Source: Planctomycetota bacterium (GTDB taxonomy: Bacteria > Planctomycetota > PLA2 > JAEUHO01). Taken from it: a stretch of 64,000 nt of DNA. Made by a program: the position numbers and the translations under genes. The stretch spans positions 2,112,001 to 2,176,000 of the forward strand of contig CBDCTJ010000007.1 of assembly GCA_965222115.1 (NCBI GenBank), written 5' to 3'. This document shows positions 1 to 11,000 of this stretch, piece after piece. Positions within the stretch are counted from its first letter, which is position 1, and the number at the start of each line of letters is the position of its first letter. A model generated the notes under the pieces. The model was not told the origin of the DNA. It was given only the letters and a program-made list of their open reading frames with translations, and made no database searches.

Positions 1-1
1 G

Positions 2-1645
2 GTTACGCCCCACGGCGATCGCGTTACGTCGTCCGGCGCCATTTTGGGCGGACGTGATCGACCGGCGCTCGGCCTGGTTGGACGTACCGCCGAGTTGCGC
101 CAACTTCATGATGAAGCCGAACGTCTGACGATCTCAGTGTCGCAGGCCCAAGATGCCATGCGCACGGCGGGCGAAGCGGTGCGTGCGAGCGAAGAACAGA
201 TTCGACGCATTCGCAAGGAACTCGTCGAAAAGAGCGAGGATCGCACGCGACGTGGCGAGGCGCTCACGCGCGTCGAACGTGAGCAAAAACAAGTCGTCGA
301 TGCCATGAAGTTGATCGACCTCGAGGTCGATGAGTTCACATCGATGCGCACGGAAACGCTCGCACGCATTGAGACCGTGACGGCCGAAGTTCAGGCTCAC
401 GAACGCCGTCGTGAGGCGCTGGAAGAGCGCGCCGAGGAAGCCGCGCGCGGCTACGTCGCGATGGAAGCGTCGCGCAAAGAAGCGGCGGAACGTCGCATGC
501 AAATGATGTTGGCCCTTGCCGAGGCGAAAGCGAAGGCCGAGAGCGCCGAACGTCGCGTGACGCGTGCTCGTGACGAAGCCGCAGCACTGGATGCCCGCGC
601 CGAAGAGGCCGCTGCAGAATCAAAGGCGCTTGGGGACCGGTTGTCGCGCGCCGAGATCACCGTTACTGAAGCGAACGCCGCGGCTGAGCAGGGCGAGGCG
701 CTCAAATCGGGTAAAGGAACCGAGTTGCTCGAGGCCCGCAACGTGCTTGCCGCGTGTGACGAGGGGGCGACCGCGGCCGACAAGCGACGCCGCGAAGTCC
801 AGCGTCTACACGATACGTTGCGCGAAGAACTCGCGGCATGTCGTCTGCGCGAAGGAGAATTCCGCACGCGCCTCGATGCGCTCCTCGAACAGGTCACACA
901 AGACACCGGCGTAGATCTTGAGCGCGTGGAGGCCGAGGCGGAAGCCACTGAAGATCTCGACCTCGAAGCCATCGACGCCGAAGTGGAGACCATGCGTCGC
1001 AAACTCGATTCCATCGGTAACGTCAATCTCAACGCCATGGCCGAGCTCGAAGAAGTCGAAACCCATGTGCGCGAGCTTCAGACACAAGAGAAGGATCTAA
1101 TCGAAGCGCGCGTGGGGCTCGAGACGGCCATCAAAGAACTTGACGACATATCGCGCAAGCGTTTCGAGAAAACGTTCTTCGAAGTTCGTGAGAATTTCCG
1201 AACCACGTTCCGGCGGCTCTTTGGTGGTGGTCGTGCCGATGTCCTGCTGGAAGACGCCTCAGACGTTTTGGAGTCGGGCATTGAGATCGTGGCGCGCCCA
1301 CCCGGCAAGGAACAACGCACGATTAGCCTCTTGAGTGGTGGGGAGCGCACACTCACAGCCACGGCACTGTTGTTCGCCGTATTCCAGGCAAAGCCCAGCC
1401 CATTCGCCATTCTCGACGAGGTCGACGCCGCGCTCGACGAAGCCAATGTGCGTCGCTTGATTTCGTTGTTGCGCGAGTTCACCAATCGCACGCAGTTCGT
1501 GGTGATCACTCACGCTAAGTCCACGATGGAAGCTGCGGACTTGCTTTACGGCGTCACCATGGAAGAACCCGGCGTAAGTCGCCGCGTCGCCGTGCGCCTC
1601 ACCGATTGCAATAGCGCCACCCCGGAGCCTGCGGCGGCAGGTTGA
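2..1645 (+). CDS. smc: Chromosome segregation protein SMC, C-terminal part (5' truncated by window)
   Basis: Frame open from position 2 (VTPHGDRVTSSGAILGG, end of hinge), long coiled coil, GNVNLNAMAE, signature LSGGER, Walker B/D-loop ILDEVDAALDEAN, and QFVVITH. Confidence 0.95.
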   Translation, partial: VTPHGDRVTSSGAILGGRDRPALGLVGRTAELRQLHDEAERLTISVSQAQDAMRTAGEAVRASEEQIRRIRKELVEKSEDRTRRGEALTRVEREQKQVVDAMKLIDLEVDEFTSMRTETLARIETVTAEVQAHERRREALEERAEEAARGYVAMEASRKEAAERRMQMMLALAEAKAKAESAERRVTRARDEAAALDARAEEAAAESKALGDRLSRAEITVTEANAAAEQGEALKSGKGTELLEARNVLAACDEGATAADKRRREVQRLHDTLREELAACRLREGEFRTRLDALLEQVTQDTGVDLERVEAEAEATEDLDLEAIDAEVETMRRKLDSIGNVNLNAMAELEEVETHVRELQTQEKDLIEARVGLETAIKELDDISRKRFEKTFFEVRENFRTTFRRLFGGGRADVLLEDASDVLESGIEIVARPPGKEQRTISLLSGGERTLTATALLFAVFQAKPSPFAILDEVDAALDEANVRRLISLLREFTNRTQFVVITHAKSTMEAADLLYGVTMEEPGVSRRVAVRLTDCNSATPEPAAAG

Positions 1646-1713
1646 GTTGAGGCGTGAGGTAAACGCACAATTCGTGCCGGGAACAAGGGAGGGAGTTCCG
1701 CTACCATTGAGGC

Positions 1714-2652
1714 GTGATTGACCGACCGGAACAGCAGAACGGCGATGGGCGCGAGAAGGACGAGGATACATTTCGCCTTGCGCCGGATGACACACCGCCA
1801 CCGGTACCTGCACGATCAATAGAGGCGGCGCCTGCTGCCCGGATTCTAGCACCCGCGATCGATGTGGATGTGGTGGGGGGTGAGCCTGAGATTGATGACC
1901 GCACCCTGGCAGAGAAACAGGGCAAAGAACGCGCAAGCGCACTCGACGTCTTGCCGAAGCCCGATGGCTGGCCTGGCGAAAGTCTGGTGTTCCCGTTTCG
2001 AAAGCCAGGGCCCGCCCTGCTTGGGGCTCTCACAGTTGTAATGATACTCTTGGATGTGCTGGGTGCATTCGAGGGTGTGCGCTTCTTATCGTGGTTGTTC
2101 AAAGTGCTGGCGTATGCATTTGTGCTGGGGACGCAACTCGCTGTGATTTCGTCGTCCGCCTCGGGCGACGACGTCCCCCGTGTATCCAATCGCGCGTCGG
2201 AAAAGACCGACGCATCGTCAATGCGCCGGTACGGATTCTTTATTGGGTGCTGCGTGATTCCCTTGATTGCCTTTGCCTATCTCATGCAGCGCTTTGATTG
2301 GATGCTATGGAGCGGTTTGGCAGCCGTTGTATTCCTTTGTCTTTACCAATCGGCGTGGGCATTGGGAGCCGCGCTGAACGACCATCGCATCAAGTATCCG
2401 TGGCACGCAATTCCTATGATCTTCAAGGCACCCCTCACTTGCATCGTTGGCGCGCTCGGACTTGTTGGTTGCCTCGTAGCAGAATGGGTTCATTTGTCGG
2501 TCAATGGGAACGGCCTCGGTCAAGTGCTCGCGGCGAGTATTCCGCTACGTTTCGTAGCGGCGTATCTGCTTGTGTTCTCCGCCCGCTGGTTGGGTGTGCT
2601 GGGGCGTTCGTGGGCGGCCGGAACGATGGCTGCCGGCTATGGGGAGGCGTGA
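1714..2652 (+). CDS. Hypothetical multi-pass membrane protein
   Basis: 312-aa ORF with a low-complexity N-terminus then several hydrophobic helices; TACCAT lies 6 nt before the GTG start. Confidence 0.8.
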   Translation: MIDRPEQQNGDGREKDEDTFRLAPDDTPPPVPARSIEAAPAARILAPAIDVDVVGGEPEIDDRTLAEKQGKERASALDVLPKPDGWPGESLVFPFRKPGPALLGALTVVMILLDVLGAFEGVRFLSWLFKVLAYAFVLGTQLAVISSSASGDDVPRVSNRASEKTDASSMRRYGFFIGCCVIPLIAFAYLMQRFDWMLWSGLAAVVFLCLYQSAWALGAALNDHRIKYPWHAIPMIFKAPLTCIVGALGLVGCLVAEWVHLSVNGNGLGQVLAASIPLRFVAAYLLVFSARWLGVLGRSWAAGTMAAGYGEA

Positions 2653-2657
2653 GGTCC

Positions 2658-2999
2658 CTATTCGGTTGTCACCTTCTCCAGCAAGATGAACCACGAGCCA
2701 CCGAGGTTGGTTACGGAGACCGCGTCACTGGTGCGCACGATGCGAAACCCCTGTTCGGCCATGGTGTCCAGCGCACTTTGAAGTAGGACGCCGCCGGGCG
2801 GGGCGCCGTCGTACCAAGCCTTGGCCGTGGAGCCGATGCCGGCCACGCTGATGTGCCGCATTTCAACCGTCTGTTTCTTCGAATCGGCATGGCTGGCTCG
2901 TGGACCAATGAAATAGAGGCCCGCAAATACAACGGCAGCCAGTGCGAAGACCCACGTGCTGTTGCGGCGTGCAGAATGGCGAATCTGAGCTGGAGACAT
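2658..2999 (-). CDS. Small secreted hypothetical protein
   Basis: MSPAQIRHSARRNSTWVFALAAVVFAGLYFIG...SHA signal-like N-terminus; AAAGGA upstream of the ATG at 2999. Confidence 0.7.
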   Translation of the reverse strand: MSPAQIRHSARRNSTWVFALAAVVFAGLYFIGPRASHADSKKQTVEMRHISVAGIGSTAKAWYDGAPPGGVLLQSALDTMAEQGFRIVRTSDAVSVTNLGGSWFILLEKVTTE

Positions 3000-3114
3000 G
3001 ACGATTCCTTTTGGGCTTGTAGAACTCTTGGCGAGGCGTCGCGTTCGATCCACGTAGGATCACGTACCCGATTGTCGCATACCTACCGCCAAATCCCTCG
3101 GGAGCCATTCGCCC

Positions 3115-3516
3115 ATGTCCGAGTCGCCACACGTCACCATTACGCGCCTGGTTATGCCAGGCCAGGCCAACTTCCACGGCAGCCTCTTTGGCGGCGTGGT
3201 ACTGAGTTTGATGGACGAGGCCGCCGCGGTACTCGCAACGCGTGTTGCCAAAGGCGCGTGCGTAACAGCTCACATCGCCTCGGTCGATTTTCAGGCGCCC
3301 ATTTGGGTGGGCGAGGCGGTCCAAGTGACAGCGCGACTCATCAAGATCGGCAATACGTCCATGCGATTGCGTGTGAGTGCGGTGGGTGAGAACCTGGCGA
3401 CAGGCACGCATCGACAATGTACCGAGGCGGAGTTCGTCATGGTGGCAACCGACAAAGAAGGCCGTCCGCGGCCGGTTCCTAAACTCGAGACCCACGACGA
3501 ACGCAATGGCGGGTAA
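3115..3516 (+). CDS. Acyl-CoA thioesterase (hotdog fold, YciA-like)
   Basis: VMPGQANFHGSLFGGVVLSLMDEAA, VTA...VDFQAPI, GNTSM and FVMVATDKEGRPRPVP motifs. Confidence 0.92.
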   Translation: MSESPHVTITRLVMPGQANFHGSLFGGVVLSLMDEAAAVLATRVAKGACVTAHIASVDFQAPIWVGEAVQVTARLIKIGNTSMRLRVSAVGENLATGTHRQCTEAEFVMVATDKEGRPRPVPKLETHDERNGG

Positions 3517-3561
3517 GATTGGGGTGCATCCAAACGGCTCCACGGCTAATTGGGAGGTCCT

Positions 3562-3792
3562 ATGGTTGACGCAAAGAAGGTCAAGGCCTGGCTCGACGAG
3601 AAAGTCGGTACCGTGCGCTGCACGCTCTGCAGGAGCACCGACATCAACATCAGCCGCGACCTGCTCACGCTACCGCTCGACGATCCCAATCCTCAGAAGG
3701 GGAAGACCACGCCGGTCGTGGTTGTACGCCTCCGATGTGGCCACTGCGCACACATCATGCTGCTCCACGCACGAAGCATAGGCGTGTTTTAG
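3562..3792 (+). CDS. Small zinc-ribbon protein
   Basis: GGAGG RBS before ATG 3562; CTLC...CGHC pairs in about 76 aa. Confidence 0.8.
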   Translation: MVDAKKVKAWLDEKVGTVRCTLCRSTDINISRDLLTLPLDDPNPQKGKTTPVVVVRLRCGHCAHIMLLHARSIGVF

Positions 3793-3802
3793 GCTCAGAC
3801 GG

Positions 3803-4336
3803 GTGTCGAATCACTCACGTCGTCTATTCCACTACAGTGAAGATCCGAGCATCCGGCGTTTTGTGCCCCATGTCCCAAAGACGAATCCAAATCAGCTACC
3901 CGCGGTATGGGCGATAGACGAAACGCATGCGCCGCTCTATTGGTTTCCTCGCGATTGTCCACGTGGCACGGTGTGGGGGCGTGACCAACGCGAGGTCTCA
4001 CTGTTGCAGTCATTGTTTCACACCTCGTCCCACAGACTTCATGTTACCGAGTCAACCTGGCGCGATCGTATCTGGCGTTGTGAGCTGTATCGATACTCGT
4101 TTTCGGCCGAGACGTTTCTCCCCTGGCCAGATGCCTTTGGCACCTACGTATCTCATTCGACGGTTTCGCCGTTACATGTAGAGCCAATCCATGCACTGAT
4201 TCAACGCCATGAGGACGCAGGAATCGAACTTCGATTCGTCAACAACGTTTGGCCGTTTTGGGACGCAGTCGTCGCAAGCGGGCTTCCTTTTAGTGGTGTA
4301 CGACTCTCGCTCGCAAAACGTCGTGCGGCCGACTAA
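3803..4336 (+). CDS. Conserved hypothetical protein (DUF6886-like)
   Basis: LFHYSEDPSIRRFVP, VWAID, YWFPRDCPR and FSGVRL motifs; family name recalled from memory. Confidence 0.7.
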   Translation: MSNHSRRLFHYSEDPSIRRFVPHVPKTNPNQLPAVWAIDETHAPLYWFPRDCPRGTVWGRDQREVSLLQSLFHTSSHRLHVTESTWRDRIWRCELYRYSFSAETFLPWPDAFGTYVSHSTVSPLHVEPIHALIQRHEDAGIELRFVNNVWPFWDAVVASGLPFSGVRLSLAKRRAAD

Positions 4337-5334
4337 CAAACAAATAGAAGATTTTCCGGTTCACGCAGTCCAGCCGCGCGCGTCACGGCGCGAATGTCCT
4401 CGCGCCCTTGGCCGCCAAGCGTGGAAACGGAGAAGTGGCTCGAGTTTAGCTCTGACGGTGCAAAGGCCTTGAGTGTGTGACCGTGAATCGTGGCGCCTAC
4501 GCGGCTTTCGCGGTAGGCGTAGATGTTCGCGATATTGATGCCAGCGGTCGTAAACGCGTTGCACCACTTCTTGCCTTCTCGGCCATAGCCGATGACGTCA
4601 ATGGGACGCGTGCACGCACGCAGCATTGGAATGAGGTGCTTGAGTTTTAGATCGCGAAACTGGCGCTGGGCGTAACGTCCGTCGAGGCGCGAATGACGCG
4701 CGTCATGGTCCCGCCAATCGAGCAAGACGTCGGGGAGTTTTTGGAATCGGGCGCCATGGCCGGCGGCTCGAAGAAAGAACTCGTAGTCTTCCGGGAAAGG
4801 ACTATCGACGTAACCGCCAAGCGCATCGGCAAGCGTTCGGCGAAATGCGCATGCGGGATTGGGCATGACACACTCAATGAAGCGGCTGGCCATAATGGCG
4901 TCGTGGGTGTGGAGCCCATTGATCCACCCTTCGTAGGCTTCCATACCTTCGCTCAATCGATCCCGCGGTATGTAGCGAATGCCATGCGCAAAGTAATCAA
5001 TGTCGGGTGACGCGTCTGCGGCGTGAACCAGTGCTTCAACGCGGCTCGGATGGGCAACGTCATCGCCGTCCATCCGAATGAGCAGGTCCCCCTGCGCGCG
5101 TACGAGCAGCCGATTCGCCGTAGCGATAATGTCCTTGTGCTCCCCGGAATCGATCGATATTCGTGCATCGTGAGCCGCATACGAATTGGCAATCGCCAAC
5201 GACTCATCCGTTGATCCATCGTCTTGAATCAGCAATTCAAACTCGGGGTGGGTCTGAGCTAGGATGCTCTCAATGGCTGCCCGCAAGAAGGGCGCTTCGT
5301 TGTAGACGGGCATCATGACCGACACGCGCGTCAT
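4333..5334 (-). CDS. GT2 family glycosyltransferase, QTGAL/B3GNTL1-like; last gene of the queA-queG operon
   Basis: VSVMMPVYNE, QDDGSTD, RMDGDD (DxD), FPEDY and a C-terminal Rossmann-like VIGYGREGKK segment; ATG at 5334 overlaps the queG stop (ATGA). Confidence 0.9.
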   Translation of the reverse strand: MTRVSVMMPVYNEAPFLRAAIESILAQTHPEFELLIQDDGSTDESLAIANSYAAHDARISIDSGEHKDIIATANRLLVRAQGDLLIRMDGDDVAHPSRVEALVHAADASPDIDYFAHGIRYIPRDRLSEGMEAYEGWINGLHTHDAIMASRFIECVMPNPACAFRRTLADALGGYVDSPFPEDYEFFLRAAGHGARFQKLPDVLLDWRDHDARHSRLDGRYAQRQFRDLKLKHLIPMLRACTRPIDVIGYGREGKKWCNAFTTAGINIANIYAYRESRVGATIHGHTLKAFAPSELNSSHFSVSTLGGQGREDIRAVTRAAGLREPENLLFVC

Positions 5335-6470
5335 TCGTGAGTCCCCGTAGAAAGAACAGCCGCGGCTTCTTTGCGCACCCACTCATGCGAATCACCTGCG
5401 ACGAGTTCATTCGCTTTGCCATGCGCCGAGTTCGGTGCGAGATGCTCCAACGCCCACAACGCGTGCGTTCGTACGAGCGCTTCGGGATCCTTCAGGCATG
5501 CCTCCAACGCAGGCACGCAGTCCATACAGTCGATATTGCGCGCGACCACGGCGGCGTTTCTCAGGAGCCCCGCGCGTCCTGGCCGTTGGAGCGGCGTGCC
5601 CCGAAAGCGTTCGTCAAACTCGGCGTCGGTGCGCATGGAAAGCACATCCGCGAGATCGACGTGCATTCCTACACCCCGATCCGGGGCAAATTCGGGCCAC
5701 GCAGGCGGTGCATCGAACCGATTGAATGGACACACGTCTTGGCACACATCGCAACCGAAGATCCATGCGCCCATGGCGGTTCGGAGTGAACGTGGAATGG
5801 GCTCTTGGCTTTCAATCGTGAGATACGAAATGCACTTTCGGGCGTCCAATACATAGGGCTCGGGAAACGCATCGGTGGGGCAGGCCGGGATGCAGTCATT
5901 GCACGTTCCACAATGACCGTCGCTCGGCGTGTTCATCCGCTCAAGTTCGGCTTCCACAATCAGTTCGGCTAAGAAGAACCATGACCCTCGCCGCGGCAGC
6001 AGGAGGCAGGTGTTCTTACCGAAGAATCCAAGTCCGGCTCGGGCTGCAAAAGCGCGTTCTAGGATCGGCGAGTAGTCGCTAGCTACCTTTGTTCGTCCAA
6101 GATTGGCGTTATCTGCGGCGAGTGCAGTCGCAAGCTCGCGCAGGCGCGGAATGATTACGTCGTGGTAATCCAGGCCCCAGGCATAGCGCGCTACGCGACC
6201 GAAGCGCTGCTCATGCTGAAACGCCGGTGCCGGGTGCCAATACGGCACGGCAAAGCAGAGCACACTACCTGCGGTCTTGTGAATCGTCTTTGGCGTCGCG
6301 CGTTGCGGCGGGTCGCGGTCCATATAATGCATGGAGCCCGCAAAGCCGCGTTCACACCATGACTCCAGGCGCACCAACGCGTCGGAAACCGGCTTACCCG
6401 ATGTAACGCCAACCAAGTCAAAGCCGAACGACCGTGCCGTAGCCTTGATGCGGGCTTGAAGATCGTTCAC
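5331..6470 (-). CDS. queG: Epoxyqueuosine reductase
   Basis: ARYAWGLDYH, ERAFAARAGLGFFGKN, GSWFFLAE, Fe-S motifs CGTCNDCIPACPT, CISYLTIE and FGCDVCQDVCPFN, C-terminal HEAT-like repeat. Confidence 0.97.
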   Translation of the reverse strand: MNDLQARIKATARSFGFDLVGVTSGKPVSDALVRLESWCERGFAGSMHYMDRDPPQRATPKTIHKTAGSVLCFAVPYWHPAPAFQHEQRFGRVARYAWGLDYHDVIIPRLRELATALAADNANLGRTKVASDYSPILERAFAARAGLGFFGKNTCLLLPRRGSWFFLAELIVEAELERMNTPSDGHCGTCNDCIPACPTDAFPEPYVLDARKCISYLTIESQEPIPRSLRTAMGAWIFGCDVCQDVCPFNRFDAPPAWPEFAPDRGVGMHVDLADVLSMRTDAEFDERFRGTPLQRPGRAGLLRNAAVVARNIDCMDCVPALEACLKDPEALVRTHALWALEHLAPNSAHGKANELVAGDSHEWVRKEAAAVLSTGTHE

Positions 6471-7525
6471 GCGTCTTCTCGAGCGCGAGACGAGAGCAAC
6501 ATCGCATCGCCATAGGAGTAGAAGCGGTAACGCTCACTGACCGCATGCTTATAGGCGCGCATGATTGTTTCATGTCCGGCGAATGCTGAGACGAGGGCCA
6601 AAAGCGTGGAGCGCGGCAGATGAAAGTTGGTGAATAGCGCATCTACGATATTGAATCGATACCCCGGTTGAATCAGAAGATTCGTTGATTGCTCGCCACG
6701 ATCTATCGTGCCATCGGACTTTGTAGCAGCTTCAAGTGCGCGCACCGTCGTCGTTCCCACTGCAACGATGCGACGCTTCTCCTTGCGAGCCCGTTCTAAC
6801 GCTGTAGCACACGCGTCGCTAATGGAGTAGCGCTCCGTGTGCATATCGTGATCATCCAAATCATCGGTGCGGACGGCGGCAAACGTGCCGCGCCCCACGT
6901 GCAGCGTAACGAACTGAATCTCGATGCCCTTGGCCTGTAGCGCAGCGAAGAGTTCCTGAGTGAAATGCAGACCGGCTGTGGGTGCTGCAATCGCCCCTTC
7001 TGCTTCAGCAAATGTTGTTTGATAGCGCGATTTGTCCATGGGCGCGCGCGCGTCGTTGGCCACGCGCCGTATGTAGGGCGGAAGTGGCATGGATCCGTTC
7101 ATTCTCATGAACTCAGTGAGCGACGTGGTTGCCGGCGTAACGGTCCACTCGCCGCCACCGTGAGACGCCACCAGGACAACGGTATCCTGATCATCAAACC
7201 GAAGTCGATCGCCCGTCTTTAGCCGTTTGCTGCCTCGCAACAAGACGCGCCATGCATCCTCACCCGCATCCGCATCGCGCTCCAAGAACAGGGCATCGAC
7301 GGCGCCTCCGGTCGCGCGGTGAAACGTGACTTTGGCGGGCAAGACGCGCGTGTTGTTGAGCACCAAAACGTCGGATGCATCGAGCCACGTGGGGAGTGCG
7401 CGCACCGTCGAATCGATGAACGCGTCGGAATCAACCACCAGCATGCGCCCGCCATCACGTGTCGGCGCCGGTTCTTGGGCGATGAGCTCCGGTGGCAGGT
7501 CGTAGTCAAGTTCATCGAGTCGCAT
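6467..7525 (-). CDS. queA: S-adenosylmethionine:tRNA ribosyltransferase-isomerase
   Basis: DYDLPPELIAQEP, NNTRVLPA, PLPPYI, YQT, AAPTAGLHFT, TLHVG, AVGTTTVRALE, TNFHLPRSTLL, YRFYSYGDAM. Confidence 0.98.
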   Translation of the reverse strand: MRLDELDYDLPPELIAQEPAPTRDGGRMLVVDSDAFIDSTVRALPTWLDASDVLVLNNTRVLPAKVTFHRATGGAVDALFLERDADAGEDAWRVLLRGSKRLKTGDRLRFDDQDTVVLVASHGGGEWTVTPATTSLTEFMRMNGSMPLPPYIRRVANDARAPMDKSRYQTTFAEAEGAIAAPTAGLHFTQELFAALQAKGIEIQFVTLHVGRGTFAAVRTDDLDDHDMHTERYSISDACATALERARKEKRRIVAVGTTTVRALEAATKSDGTIDRGEQSTNLLIQPGYRFNIVDALFTNFHLPRSTLLALVSAFAGHETIMRAYKHAVSERYRFYSYGDAMLLSSRAREDA

Positions 7526-7605
7526 GGCGGCGAATCAGCGTATCGCCGGGATTGGCAATCATGCCAATTCATAGGAGTCGGGCAGGATTGCGCTAAAACG
7601 TTGCC

Positions 7606-7938
7606 ATGATCATCCAGCGCGAAGTCACCAAGTACTCCATTCAGCTCTTCGGAGGCGCCGACGGAAACGCCGACGTGATTGGGGCTATCTCCCTCAGCAT
7701 TGGGGACGCAGGGGCCGTCCTGCGCTTTGTACGGCAGGAAGTCCCGGTGCCGGTCAATACCATCGTGACGCTTCCAACCGGCAAGAAGCACTACTACGTG
7801 AACTACTCTGAACGACAGCTTGCCATCGTGATCGACGTTCTGCGCAATGAGTCACCGGTTTGGTTCCTCTACAACGAGTCCACGAACGCGGGTTACCTCA
7901 CCGCTCGAGAGGAACCCACGGGCGAGGGTGAGGGCTAG
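7606..7938 (+). CDS. Conserved hypothetical protein
   Basis: 110-aa ORF divergent from queA, with IDVLRNESPVWF and EEPTGEGE motifs. Confidence 0.75.
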   Translation: MIIQREVTKYSIQLFGGADGNADVIGAISLSIGDAGAVLRFVRQEVPVPVNTIVTLPTGKKHYYVNYSERQLAIVIDVLRNESPVWFLYNESTNAGYLTAREEPTGEGEG

Positions 7939-8091
7939 CCCCCTGGTATTCCCCCTGGGGTTGCTGCTAGACTTACACACGCTCATCCTCCGTTGACGGT
8001 CGATATGCGCTTGCGCGTCTCACAAGGAGGCGTAGGGCGCGCAGGTTGATGTCATTCTCCTCCGTGAACGTGTCGGCAGAATGGCCGACGG

Positions 8092-11000
8092 ATGGGCGGC
8101 AAAGGAAACGGAGGGGCCGTGGGTCGTACATTGACTTGGATCGGGATGGTGGCCGCCATAGCGCTCGCGGCATGGCTTGCGTTGTCCATCACGGATGAGC
8201 CTTCGATCTCTGTGGAAGACGACCACGGGGAAGTCGTTGAATACGATGATCAAGGCAATCCGATTCTGTCTGGGGTCGTGGGCCCCGATGGGAAGCCCAT
8301 CAAGCCAAGCAAAAGAGATTCCACGGCTACGGCGGAACCAGAAGACGCGGCACCGCTGCTCGATGGCCAACAGCTACTCACCGGCATCGTGTTGGATGAA
8401 TCGCGCCGCCCCGTAGCGGGTGCCGACATTGTTGCCCACCTGCGCGATGCAAAGGACGTTCACACGAAGAGCGACAGCGAAGGCAAGTTTTCTCTTCCCG
8501 TCACAACACCGAGCGACGTGACCAATCCCTGGTACGCACGTGGCACGGTATACGCGCGCACATCCGACGATCGCGTCGGCTTCAGCTCGTTTCGCCCATC
8601 CTTTCGTTTGCCCGCGCCGGGAATCGATGTGGGGAAGATTGTCGTACGCAAAGGTGCACACATTCGGTGTCGTGTAACACGCGAGGGATCCCCGGTCCCT
8701 GGTGCACGGTATTGGGTTGTGGGGCGACGCCGCGCTGCCATCTATGAAACGGGCGTCGCCGACGACGGTGGCATTGTTACAAGTGCAATCTTTCCGCTTT
8801 CGAGTTATGTCGTCATCGCAGCGTCGCCCGAGAAACCCGACGGGTATACAAGTGCACGCACAATGGGTCACGGTCATAAGCGCATACAGATTCCGATTGC
8901 CAAAGGCGCCGACCTCCCTGAACTCGCACTTGGCGATACGCGTACCCTTCGCGTTCAGGTCGTAGACAAGGCGTCGCGCGCACCGATTCCCGCCGCCAAG
9001 ATTCTGGTTGGCGACGATAGTTCACGCCCGCCGCCCCGTGGCGTCGGCACGTTGCCTCCCATTCCAGACACGCTGACCGGCGCGAACGGCGAGGCCGCGG
9101 TAATTGCCGGCGTACCGGCCGACAAGCGCGTGTACGTCAATGCCGAGGTAGAAGGTTATCCAAAGTCTCGTGGCTACAACGGTCGCGGCATGGCAACGGC
9201 TGAGCCCGGCAACGACGATGTCACCATCGAACTTGCCACCTATCGGGAGGTCGCCTTTCCGATCGGCCCCAGTGATGTCGAGACGCCCGGAGAGGGTGAC
9301 GCGCTAACAGCAGAACGCACGTCGTGGTCGGGCGCTCCGGACCCGGATGAACAACTCGCCGCCAAAGTTGAGGGTACGTATGTCGTGATCAGCGGCCTTC
9401 GTCCCGGCTACGACTACGGCACCGTGAGCACCGCCGATGGTCGCATTGCCAACTTTCATGCTCCTCAGGGCAACGCGAAAGCAGCGCCGCTAAAGTTCGT
9501 TCGTGCCAAACCCATCACGTTGCGGCTCATCTCTGAGAGCGGCGAAGTTATGAAGGGCGAGCAATTGAGTTTGGCGGGGGGCAACGGCCGCAGCTACCAA
9601 CCGCCGGAGATTACCAACGAAAACGGAGAAGTGACCTTTGACAAACTCACGTGGAACCAAGTCGTTGTGCGGCATGTTCCGCGAGGGTCCGACAACTGGT
9701 GGCGCGCGCCAATCGTGGACCGCTTCAAGCGCGCCGATGTAGACGGTGTTCGTGAAATCCGTCTCAAATCGGGCGAGCGCGTCACGATCGATGTGTTGAT
9801 CAATGGTGTTCGCAAGCTGCCCACACGCTATTCGATATCGGTAGGGCGGCGCAGCATTCGAAGTGGCGATGTGGAAGAAGATCCGGGTGCGGCCACGCTA
9901 TCATTTGCCGTGCTCGAAAAGGACTGGAACAAGTCCGGCCCAACGAAGTTTGTGATTGGCGCCGAGGGCTGCCTGCCCAGCACATTAGAACTGGAGCGCG
10001 AGGAGGCAAGCGCAGGCCGCCAACGTGTCGATCTAAAGCTTGCGGGCACCTTCGTGTGCCAGGTGACGCCGCCGGAAGACGAGCGGTATTCACTTGCGCT
10101 GCAGCAATACAATGACGGCACTCAAATCTGGGAGGCCACGCGCGCGTCGGGATGGCAGGCGCCGCGTCCGGCCGACGCTGAACGAGAGAAACACACGCGA
10201 CGATTTGGCGGACTCAAGGCCGGCACCTATCGCGCCATCGATAGTTTCTCCCAGGCAACCAGCGGGTCGATTGTGGTCGTACCGGGTGAGCCCGCGAAGA
10301 CAGTCAAGTTGGATCTTTCGGTGGTGACCACGATTGAAGGGCGTGTAGTGGTGCCCGAGGGCGAAAACGTGCGAACGGCTTCGGTCAAGCGCGTGACAAA
10401 GTCAGGGACGAGTTCGAGCAACACCAATTATTTTCCCGGCAGAAGTTTCCCGTCTCCCGGTCGGTGGCGCGGTGGTTCTCATATCCAGATCCAAGAGGAC
10501 GGCTCGTTCTCGCTGCGTGCCGTGCGGGGCGATCCCGTCACGCTTTCGGTGGATCACGCGTACTTATCACCCGTGAATGGAAAACGTACCTTAAGGACCA
10601 AGGGCGGCGCCCGCGGTATTGAGTTCCGACTTGAAGCCACCGGCTACATCTCCTTTCGCCTTCCCGATGTTGCCGCCGGCGCTGAGTCGGTTGCCAACAA
10701 CGGGCCAACCATGCGTCCCGGGACTTCGATTACTGCTGCGTTGCTCGCCGACGACGGGCCCGGTAAACCCAAGAAGGTCGTTCGTTCGTCGGGCCTCATT
10801 CCCAAGAACGGTGTGTATCGAATCGGAGGCGTTGAGCCGGGCACCTATGAACTTCGCATCGACTCCTCCGGGTTTGCCCGCCGAACCATTGCAGAGGTCA
10901 AACTCGGCGAATCGAGTGTAGATTTGGGCGACATTGCGATGTCGCGCGGTGGAACCATCAAGGTGCGTGTACTACCCGAAGCGGATGGAGACACACCGCC

